Positions 1 through 8,664 of a DNA stretch of 64,000 nt are shown piece after piece. Where the stretch lies: assembly GCA_013152545.1 (NCBI GenBank), contig JAADGF010000099.1, positions 9,906-73,905 on the forward strand, given 5' to 3'. The first letter of the stretch is position 1; each line of letters opens with the position of its first letter. The notes beneath the pieces are model-generated. The model was given only the letters and a program-made list of their open reading frames with translations. It did no database searches and was not told the origin of the DNA. Source of the DNA: Gammaproteobacteria bacterium (lineage in GTDB: Bacteria > Pseudomonadota > Gammaproteobacteria > SZUA-152). The position numbers and the translations under genes were made by a program.

Positions 1-941
1 GATAATCCGATGAACACCACTCAAATGCTGCACCAAAGCATCTGAGGGAAAAGGACGGAAACAGCGCAAACGTAACGCGCCCACTGCTTGTCCTTGGTGA
101 CGTAGCTTATCCACTACATCGCGTACCGCCCCCATCAGTGACCCCATCCCCAGTAATACCGTCTGAGCACCCTCAAGGCAATAACCCTGCACCAGACCAC
201 CGCAGCTACGCCCCATCTGACCCCTGAAATCCGCATCAAATGCCTCTATCACCGAAAGGGAATTGTCCATCGCATCATGTTGAGCAATACGGTACTCCTG
301 ATAATTATCCGCTTCGCTGGCACCACCCAATGTCACGGGCTGAGTGGGATCAAGGCTGCGGGCAAAATGAAACGTGGGTAGAAAATTATCCACCATCACC
401 TGCGTCGGCAACACCACCGGCTCAAAGGTATGAGTCAATAAAAACCCGTCCATGCAGACCATCACTGGCAGCTCACACACCTCGGCAACACGGTACGCCT
501 GGATCATACTATCAGCGGCTTCCTGGTTACTCTCTACATAAAGCTGAATCCAGCCGGCATCACGCAACGCCATACTGTCTTGGTGGTCGCTGCAGATGTT
601 GATCGGTGCACCCACCGCCCGGTTGGCGCAGACCATCACCACCGGCAGGCGCAACCCAGCAATGTTGTAGAGCACCTCGGTCATCAGCAGCAAACCCTGT
701 GAAGCGGTGGCGGTAAAAGCCCGTGTTCCGGCGGTAACTGCACCCAGCACGATAGACGCCGCCCCAAATTCGCTCTCGGCATTGATGAACTCCGCCTCCA
801 GTTCACCGTTGGCCACATGCTGCGCCAGCCGTTCGATGATGTGGGTCTGTGGGGTGATGGGATACGCAGCCACCACCTGTGGCCGACACAAGCGTACAGC
901 TTCGGCCATGGCTTGGGAGCCTTCCAGTAGTTTTTTCATTA
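1..941 (-). CDS. 2-oxoacid:ferredoxin oxidoreductase alpha subunit (PorA/VorA-like); C-terminus cut by window edge
   Basis: Own translation of minus strand from ATG at 941 gives MKKLLEGSQAMAEAVRLCRPQVVAAYPITPQTHIIERLAQ...GAASIVLGAVTAGTRAFTATASQGLLLMTEV, typical of the POR/VOR alpha N-terminus. The frame stays open to position 1. RBS-like GGAG lies upstream. It is not in the ORF track because there is no stop codon inside the window. Confidence 0.75.
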
Positions 942-989
942 AACCAACTCCTTTTCTTTTGAAACAAATCTCCCCCTGCTCCCCCTTTG

Positions 990-1559
990 TCAAAGGGGAA
1001 ATTCGTAACCTTCACGTAGGGCTTCAATGTTGACCTTCACCGTCTCTTCGCCTTTGCTGGCAAGATGGATTGTTATCGCTTTCTCTAGTGCAATTAAACT
1101 CACCCATTCTGTACTTGCCGCTAACGCACCAAGCAAAACGGTATTTGGTAGTGGACGACCTATATGGCGTTCACTAATCCCGCTGGCAGGTAGGCAAATC
1201 CAGCGAAAATTATCACCGATATTTGTTGGCTTCTCAACAGCATTCAATACGATAAGTCCACCAGGGTTCAGTCCCTGTAGCAACGGTTCTGAATGCAACA
1301 GACCCACATCCTGAATAACCACCGCATCTGGTGTATACACTTGAGTGTGAGCACGAATCACCGAACTGCTAATCCGCACATAGGCCTCTACGGGTGCACC
1401 ACGTCGTTCGGAACCAAACTTGGGAAACGCCTGGGATTCAAAGCCATCTTCAAATGCAGCCAGTGCCAGCAATGCTGCAGCGGAGACCGTGCCCTGACCA
1501 CCGCGACCGTGTAAGCGGATATCATGTAAATCCGTTTCGTTTTTATTTTTCAGGGTCAT
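990..1559 (-). CDS. 2-oxoacid:ferredoxin oxidoreductase gamma subunit (PorG-like)
   Basis: Track ORF 990..1577. The likely start is the second ATG (MTLKNKNETDLHDIRLHGRGGQG) preceded by GGAG. The GRGGQG motif is typical of POR gamma subunits. Its start overlaps the stop of the upstream permease. Confidence 0.8.
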   Translation of the reverse strand: MTLKNKNETDLHDIRLHGRGGQGTVSAAALLALAAFEDGFESQAFPKFGSERRGAPVEAYVRISSSVIRAHTQVYTPDAVVIQDVGLLHSEPLLQGLNPGGLIVLNAVEKPTNIGDNFRWICLPASGISERHIGRPLPNTVLLGALAASTEWVSLIALEKAITIHLASKGEETVKVNIEALREGYEFPL

Positions 1560-2898
1560 GGTTTGCCATCTCCTCATGACTTATCGATTGACGTAAAAAG
1601 AATCGCTCACCTACAAATACAAACAGAACGCCAACCAGCGCCGCATAGATAACCATCATGTCGGTGGATGCTTTCACCATCAAAAATACGCTAAGCACCA
1701 CAGCATCAAAAACAATGGCCACAATCAGAATTACGGCATTCGCGTTGATTTTTTTTCGAAGGTGGCGATACACGCCCCAATGCACCGCAATATCCATCAA
1801 CAGGTAGAAAATAGCCCCGAGTGATGCGATGCGGCTTAAATCAAAAAACAGGGTGAGGAATATGGCAACCACAATGGTGTAAACCAAGGTATGATTTTGG
1901 ATAGTACCCGGCATACCAAAATGACGGTGTGGTACTAGCTTCATATCAGTCAACATCGCCAACATGCGAGATACCGCAAAGATACTTGCGATAACACCTG
2001 AGGCTGTGGCGACAATTGCTAATACAACAGTAAACCATAGTCCGTAATCACCCAGCGCTGGGCGTGCCGCTTCTGCGAGAGCAAAATCTTTTGCGGTGAT
2101 GATTTCCTGCAAGCTAAGGTTGCCCGCAACAGCCAGAGCAACCAGAAAATAAATCACCACACAGATCACAATTGAAATGATAATGGCACGCCCAACATTG
2201 CGATGTGGGTCAATAATTTCGGAGCCACTATTGGTAATGGTGGTAAATCCCTTATAAGCTAAAATAGCCAGAGCCATTGCAGCGATGAACCCGGTGATGG
2301 ATGTATCTGCCGCACTGGCCGAACTGGCGCTACTTTCAAACGAAAAATTAGCAATCCACAAACCGCCAAGAGCAAACACGACAATGCCACCAATTTTAAT
2401 AAAGGCCATCACCAATGAAAAAAAACCAATCGCGCGATTACCAGAAACATTGAGCAGAAAGGCAAAAACCAGCAGTCCAACTGCCAACGCCAGAACTATC
2501 CAACTGCCGGGGTCAATGTCAAATAGTTGTATGCTGTAAGTACCGAACGTTTTTGCGACCAAGCTCTGGTTAATGACCATCGAAAAATACATCAATAATG
2601 CGCCAGCTGCCGTCATCACCCCTTTCCCATAGGCTTTCTGCAGAAACATCGCGATGCCCCCAGCAGAGGGGTAAGCATTCGATAATTTCACATAAGAATA
2701 TGCGCTAAACGCGGTTACCACTGCCGCAGCAAGAAAAGCAAGCGGGAATAATGAGCCAGCAAGTTCCGCAATCTGTCCTGTCAGTGCAAGTATACCCGCG
2801 CCGATCATTACCCCGGTGCCCATTGAGACAGCACCCACTAATGTTAGGCTGTTTTTTTTATATTGTGATTTTTTATTGTGCTGCGAATGATTTTCCAT
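1543..2898 (-). CDS. APC-family amino acid permease
   Basis: The 450-aa product has 12 predicted TM segments and APC-family features (GxG-rich N-terminal helix GAVSMGTGVMIGAGIL). The start is probably MENHSQ (GAGG RBS) rather than the track start at 2910. Confidence 0.8.
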   Translation of the reverse strand: MENHSQHNKKSQYKKNSLTLVGAVSMGTGVMIGAGILALTGQIAELAGSLFPLAFLAAAVVTAFSAYSYVKLSNAYPSAGGIAMFLQKAYGKGVMTAAGALLMYFSMVINQSLVAKTFGTYSIQLFDIDPGSWIVLALAVGLLVFAFLLNVSGNRAIGFFSLVMAFIKIGGIVVFALGGLWIANFSFESSASSASAADTSITGFIAAMALAILAYKGFTTITNSGSEIIDPHRNVGRAIIISIVICVVIYFLVALAVAGNLSLQEIITAKDFALAEAARPALGDYGLWFTVVLAIVATASGVIASIFAVSRMLAMLTDMKLVPHRHFGMPGTIQNHTLVYTIVVAIFLTLFFDLSRIASLGAIFYLLMDIAVHWGVYRHLRKKINANAVILIVAIVFDAVVLSVFLMVKASTDMMVIYAALVGVLFVFVGERFFLRQSISHEEMANHDPEK

Positions 2899-3339
2899 CG
2901 ATGACCTCATTTAAACAGGTGGCGATATCAGTAAGTTCACGTTGCAAGTAGCCACTGAATCAATCAATTAGTTTTATTTTATTGAACACGACATAGGCTA
3001 TTCCACCCGGCAACGCAAAAACCAAATTTGATAAAATAAGAATCTGCAAGCACCCACGACAAATCCTAGCAAACCGTCGGCGATGATCACGATATCGGCA
3101 ACAGGGTCCCGCTAGATCAAAAACCAGGCAACGCTATCGGTGAAAATAGCGACAAAAAGCAACAACGTTAACGTGCATTGAAAGCAGTGATCACCTTAAC
3201 CCAGCTTTTTCGTATATTGCGCCAACATGGCAACCAACTCCAGATGCCAAAAACTCTCTAAAAACAGTTCCAGGCATTGCAACAGTACCAGCCGATGTCC
3301 ATGACATCTATTAGGCGATCGTTTTTCCTTTTGAGCACA

Positions 3340-4530
3340 TCAAAACGCTACTTCCACTTGTAATGTCACCAAGCTATCATCGTCAGCGCTTGCCGGACCA
3401 CTCACATCCCAGTATTCAACAAACCCGCGAGCATTTTCAGCAAAATAATAGGCGACTTGGAGAGTGATTTCGTCGTAGTCATCCTGACCGTTATTCTTTT
3501 CGTAACGATCCAGACGCAACAGCGGAACAAAAGTTGGACGGCCATCCTCTATAAATGTATAGCGAGCCTCGACATAGGTGGCGTTGTTGTCCTCTTCAGC
3601 CGTTGCTGTGCTGTTGTCATCCGAAGCTTTTAACAGCGCCCCCATCAAGCGAATATTGCCAATATCCGCTTGAGCATCAACACCGGTACGGCTAAAATCA
3701 CGGTCCACAGTACAATTCGTGTTTGTCGCTTTGCAAGTGCCGCTGATCGTCATCAATCCAATCATGATCTCCGGCGTAACATCCATTGCTAAACGGCCGG
3801 TAAGTGCGTCGCTGTCTTCACCTTCCGCATCGCCCTTAACACCGCTAATACCGACGCTGTAGAAGAACTTCTCAGCCGGCCGGCCGTAGAGCGTGATGTT
3901 TTGCCGCGCATCGCGCAATCGACCATCAGCATCCGCTCCGCCAAACCGTTGATTAATCACCGAGGCGCGGTTGCGGGTCAATTTACGGCCATTACTGTAA
4001 ACATCATAGGGGTCACTGCCCGTAATGGCTCCCCAAGAAACTTGCAGATTAACCGCTTCGCTTGGGTGATAACCGAGCGCGGCAGACACCACTTCAACGT
4101 TAAAACCCGCATCATCCTCAGCCTCCAATTCAAACCAGCCTGAAAAATTATTAGCCATTGCCCCGGCAACCATGACTTCCACTTCGTGGAGCGCGCGTAG
4201 TTTTTTGTCGCCACTATCTTTTTTTTCATAGGGTCGCCCCTTAATCATCGCGGTTACCGGCAACGTTTGATCCCAGTTCATAAATCCCGGCGTTTCATCC
4301 CTGGAGAGACGATAACCATTCTCTTTGAACGTGCGTCCCGCAGTGTTCAAAGCAGGCCAGGCACTGTGGCAACTACTGCATTCGGTCTGGTGTTTTCGAG
4401 CAAAGGCAGGAATTGCCTGTGCAGTGCTGATAAACAGTATTCCAACAATCAGCATGGACAGGGATATCAAAACGATGCCTGGCCGTTTTGATACGCTAAC
4501 GGATAGTTTATTGCGGTATACGACTTTCAT
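3340..4530 (-). CDS. Cyc2-like fused monoheme cytochrome c / outer-membrane beta-barrel protein (putative)
   Basis: N-terminal signal sequence, then a single CSSCH heme-binding motif followed by WPALNTAGRTFKENGY. About 350 aa of strand-like alternating sequence ends in the C-terminal ...LQVEVAF (aromatic terminus typical of OM barrels). It lies 11 nt downstream of a cytochrome c gene. Confidence 0.5.
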   Translation of the reverse strand: MKVVYRNKLSVSVSKRPGIVLISLSMLIVGILFISTAQAIPAFARKHQTECSSCHSAWPALNTAGRTFKENGYRLSRDETPGFMNWDQTLPVTAMIKGRPYEKKDSGDKKLRALHEVEVMVAGAMANNFSGWFELEAEDDAGFNVEVVSAALGYHPSEAVNLQVSWGAITGSDPYDVYSNGRKLTRNRASVINQRFGGADADGRLRDARQNITLYGRPAEKFFYSVGISGVKGDAEGEDSDALTGRLAMDVTPEIMIGLMTISGTCKATNTNCTVDRDFSRTGVDAQADIGNIRLMGALLKASDDNSTATAEEDNNATYVEARYTFIEDGRPTFVPLLRLDRYEKNNGQDDYDEITLQVAYYFAENARGFVEYWDVSGPASADDDSLVTLQVEVAF

Positions 4531-4541
4531 CCTTAACTCTC

Positions 4542-4847
4542 CTATTGGTTCGCTAACAAATAATCGACCAGCGCATCGATCTCCGCGCGAGTCAGCTTTC
4601 CTTCATAACCCGGCATAGAGTTTTTACCCTTGATGATGGCTTGACGCAGGGTTTCCTCGCCGTTGCTCATGGTGTTAACCGCCGGCCCTAATTTCTTTTT
4701 ATCAATGGCGTGACATAGAGAACATTTTTGTTTGAAAAGCGATTGTGCATCCGGTATTTCAGCGTCATCCGCAGTAACCCCGGATGGCGCGGTGCTAAAG
4801 AATAGCGCGATGAAGAGTAGCGCATTACGGTTTTTTATCATGCTCAT
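4542..4847 (-). CDS. Class I monoheme cytochrome c (c551/c552-like), periplasmic
   Basis: Signal peptide MSMIKNRNALLFIALFF; CSLCH heme motif; a distal Met in NSMPGY. The start is taken at ATG 4847 (AAGGA RBS). The track ORF extends to 4877. Confidence 0.8.
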   Translation of the reverse strand: MSMIKNRNALLFIALFFSTAPSGVTADDAEIPDAQSLFKQKCSLCHAIDKKKLGPAVNTMSNGEETLRQAIIKGKNSMPGYEGKLTRAEIDALVDYLLANQ

Positions 4848-4912
4848 TTCATTTTTTCCTTTTTTAACCAGATTCAAAATCCTCGCAGCCGAACCGCCTG
4901 ATCAACTCACTT

Positions 4913-5850
4913 GATCGCCAGTTCATAGGCAGCGGAACGCATATCAATCCGCCGTTCCTGCGTCAGACTGCGCACAGCGTCATAGGTAAGGAAGAGCCGA
5001 CTTTCCAAACGACCCAGGACCGTCCCTCAATCCCACGGAAATTGCTGAAGATTTTGCACCCATTCATAATAAGAAGCTAACACACCACCCACATTGGCCA
5101 ACAGATCTGGCACAATAACGATGCCCCGCAGCTGCAACGGTTCATCCGCGCGGTGAATGACCGGCATATTGGCGGCCTCCACAATCAACCCTTGCTCGCC
5201 AGCGTGATGGCGGCATGGGAACCAACATTGCCAAAACCCTGAATCACCACCCGGCTCTGCTCCGGAACGAGTGACATCTCAGCCGCCGCCTTGTGAGCCA
5301 GGAGAGCAACACCGTAGCCTGTCGCCTCAAGCCGCGCCCCAGCTCCATCGGCTTACCAGTGACAATGGTCGTTCTGAAAACCGTGAGTTTTGCTGTGCTC
5401 GTCCAGCATCCACGCCATCACCTGCGGATTAGTGCCAATATCAGGTGCAGGAATGTCATCATGCACGCCAATGATCGGCGCCATCTTCTGGCAGAAACGT
5501 TTGGAAAGCTCTTCCAGGTCATCAACTGTGCCAACGCCCGGACCTCTCCCATATTGACATCCGAGTGAAAGCACAACCTGCCCTTTGAATGGTCCGCAGG
5601 CATGATTGTGTTGCACACGGTAACCCTGGAAGGTGCGCAGAGTATTCCCACCGTTGTAGCGTAAGGTCACTGGCACAGTCACTCGTGTCTCGCGAAACGC
5701 GGAACACGGAAAGCAACAATTTTCCCGTTGCGCATCCTTCAATTTGAGGCGATCAAACGCTCGTTCGAGAAAGTGACACTGAGTTTCCTGGAAAATGCAT
5801 TTCTTATCGGTCACGGCTTCTCCCCTTTCTATCACCACATTCACACACTT
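4913..5850 (-). pseudogene. Decayed NAD(P)-glutamate dehydrogenase (Glu/Leu/Phe/Val dehydrogenase family) pseudogene with frameshifts and internal deletions
   Basis: Frame 1 gives GYRVQHNHACGPFKG...EELSKRFCQKMAPIIGVHDDIPAPDIGTNPQVMAWMLDE (GDH N-domain, but it lacks the GGGKGG segment). Another frame gives [42 protein letters not shown], and a third gives the C-terminal ...RIDMRSAAYELAIK. Total length is about 930 nt against about 1250 expected. Confidence 0.75.
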
Positions 5851-7193
5851 TTTCGTTATTATCTTTTTTGTAAAAATCGTCCCGCCGCAATGGTGTGGCC
5901 AACGACTGATACGCGGGAGCGGTCAACACCTGATAAACGTTGGTGCTGCCCTCATCGAAAAAGTGGGCGCAGCCCGCCATGTAAAGGCGCCATACCCGAT
6001 AGGTGGCTTCGCCCACCATCGCAACCGCCTGTTCGCGATGCATCTCCAGTGCCCGTACCCAATGACGCAGGGTCAAAGTGTAGTGGTGGCGCAATCCTTC
6101 CACGTCGATGATTTCAAAACCGGCCTGCTCCATAGCATTCTCCACATCGCTAATACGCGCCAACTCACCGTCCGGGAAGACATAACGATTCATGAAGCGA
6201 GTGACCGGTGTATCCTGCCAACCGGTATCATTGGTAATACCGTGATTGAGAAACAGCCCACCTGGTTTGAGTATCCGCTTGACGATGCCGAAATAGAGCG
6301 GGAAGTTGGCCACCCCGATATGCTCGAACATGCCCACGCTGACGACCCGATCATAGCGGGGATCGACAGGAAGACTACGATAATCACGCAGTTCAATACG
6401 AACCCGCTCTGCCAGCCCCTCACTGCGTACCCGTTCGATAGCATAACGATATTGCTGCTCACTCAAGGTAATACCGTACACCTGCACACGATAATGGCGA
6501 GCAGCCCAAATGGCCAGGGCACCCCAGCCACAACCGATGTCGAGCAATTGCTGGCCCGGCTCCAAGCACAATTTGCGACAAATGTGATCCAGTTTATCCT
6601 GCTGGGCATTGGCCAATGCTTGGCTGGGATCGCGAAAATAGGCACAGGAATAAACCATCTCGGGGTCCAACCACAGACGGTAAAAATCGTTACTGACATC
6701 GTAGTGGTGGGCAATGCTCTGTTTGGTATTATGGTGCTGCACGGCTTTCCCATCACGAACAGCAGGTGGGGCTGATATCCGGGAACCCGACGTTCGCTGC
6801 CTTGGCAATCGCAATGCCCGCCGCAGCAACCACCACTTGTCCCACCAGGAGAAATGCAGTTGGCGTGCATGCTGCGTCAGGTCAAACAGCGTTTCTATCT
6901 CACCCTCTATACCCAGGTCTCCGGCCAGGTAAGACTCTGCAAAGTGAACCAAATCCCGATGCAACACCAGATGACGCAAATACCAAGGGCTGGCGAAAAA
7001 CCACAATGCAGGGGGCGTCGGCCTCACCGTGAACGCACTCACCGTTCCACAAACGCGCCGCAACCGGTCCATCATAGCCGCTCAGGAGGCGTTCCATAAT
7101 CTCCCGTCCGGCGACGGTCGCTACATCGCCCAAGGTATTATCCCGGCCAATGATTGACGGACGTTGCGCAAATTCTTTAGATTTGATTTTCAT
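5804..7193 (-). CDS. cfa: Cyclopropane-fatty-acyl-phospholipid synthase (Cfa); apparent +/-1 frameshift near 7012-7016 (G5 run), so possibly a pseudogene or a sequencing error
   Basis: The 423-aa ORF aligns to E. coli Cfa from the ...ESYLAGDLG region onwards (DIGCGWG SAM motif, VSVGMFEHIG). The N-terminal approximately 55 aa (MKIKSKEFAQRPSIIGRDN..., GGAG RBS, ATG 7193) are in a different frame (track ORF 6900..7319). The frames switch at a GGGGG homopolymer. Confidence 0.7.
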
Positions 7194-7732
7194 ACCCTTA
7201 CTCCCTACAGCTTTCTCTCTCCATATGCCACCAAAAATCCAACAACCGGATCTTTGAATAAAACATGGCGTCATATTCCCAGAGTCGGAAAAAGTACTCT
7301 CTGTAAAAAACACCAACACACGACGAAGATTAATAGCCTCATAAGTGATGCCCCTCTACTGATTATCACTGAATATTCAACGACAATGAGAATGAAGGAA
7401 CACTCAGATATGCCCATGACATTATTCATCACCTTGTTTTACGGCGAAGCACCACAAAGTTGTAGATTAGCACCCAGATCAGAGCAAAGTACCCGCCATA
7501 GCCGTAGGCCTCAATCAATCCTAGGGAAAAAAATTTCCAACTCAGCCACTCAAAACCCGGCAACAGTTGTTGCCAGATTCCATACATCGCATGTTCGGGC
7601 AATATCACCAAGTGTAAACCCTAGGCGCAACACACAAGTCAACCAGTTATTCTAATCACAAACAGTATCGTAAAATAAATTTTCGCAGGATATCTTCCAT
7701 TAAGATTTTAAGTAAAACGTCAAATTGATCCA

Positions 7733-7761
7733 CCGCAGTAGAAAAAATCTTTCTACTGCGG
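7733..7761. other. Perfect 12-bp-stem inverted repeat (CCGCAGTAGAAA-aaatc-TTTCTACTGCGG)
   Basis: Seen directly in the sequence. No adjacent T-run, so it is not a canonical intrinsic terminator. It sits in a ~1-kb region without convincing ORFs. Confidence 0.5.
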
Positions 7762-8664
7762 TAGATTCTCGGTGTTGTGATCGCATAAGGCCTCTGTCTT
7801 GGTGGCTATTGTGTTTCGCCATCTATACCGACCATCTTTGGCCCTATTTTTTCAATGAATATTTTTATACTTGACTGACTTTATTAGCTTTTTTTGTCGT
7901 TACAAAACACTGCACTCAAAGCATTTTCCAATTGGTTCTGGAATGGCGGAGGCTGCGTGTAAAACCCTAATAAAGCAGCGTTTGTGTCGTTCGGGAATGA
8001 GATGGAAAGATAAAAGATTGAAAGACGATGTTGAAGTTTACGCTCATTAGTATTAACGAAAGAGAAGTGGAAACAATTCTGGGATCGCATCGACCAATAT
8101 GGAACACCTTGGGTTTAGGATGGATACATTATTAGTAAGGCAGCACTCATTGTCAACGGACCCTAGCGGTTTGAGACAATGAAATAATGCCTTCAAAAAT
8201 GCCAACAATGATCCAATGTGGCTGCCAGCCATAATGTTTGCATCATATTGGGATGTAATACGGACTGCCGAGAAAGTCTGTTAATTGCGGATGTGCATGG
8301 GAAACTTGATATCCATTTCCACAGATATGGATCTGTAAAGAAATAAGTTGGACAGATTGCGCCCCGGATATCGTTTCGTCTTCAAGGTTTCCGCCATCCA
8401 TGGCTCACGCCCCTTACCGACTTCCATATAGGCAAAGCGCGGAAATGGGCTCATCCCAAGGGCACTTCTTTCAGGGCGCATACTCGTTGCCTGTAACCTT
8501 TTGCGCAATGCCGAAAACACAAGGATAGACTAGCAAAATGTTCAAATTATTTCTTTACAGAGCTTATTGTGCGCATACTCCTTACGCACTACTACAAATT
8601 GACTTACGTAGAAACTATTTACGATTACCGATTACTTCAAACCGTTTGGGCGATACCTAATTTT

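Noticed and set aside
240-602. Plus-strand ORFs of 60-120 aa (240..602, 707..1033, 1027..1314 and others) inside the porA/porG region, and many similar short antisense ORFs inside other long genes
   Set aside because: They lie antisense to strongly supported genes and show no RBS or recognisable motifs. Their composition is biased (Pro/Arg/Cys-rich), typical of out-of-frame readings.
8281-8520. 79-aa and 68-aa minus-strand ORFs (8281..8520, 7884..8090) as genes
   Set aside because: No RBS, no domain similarity and odd composition. I treated the interval as non-coding or degenerate instead.
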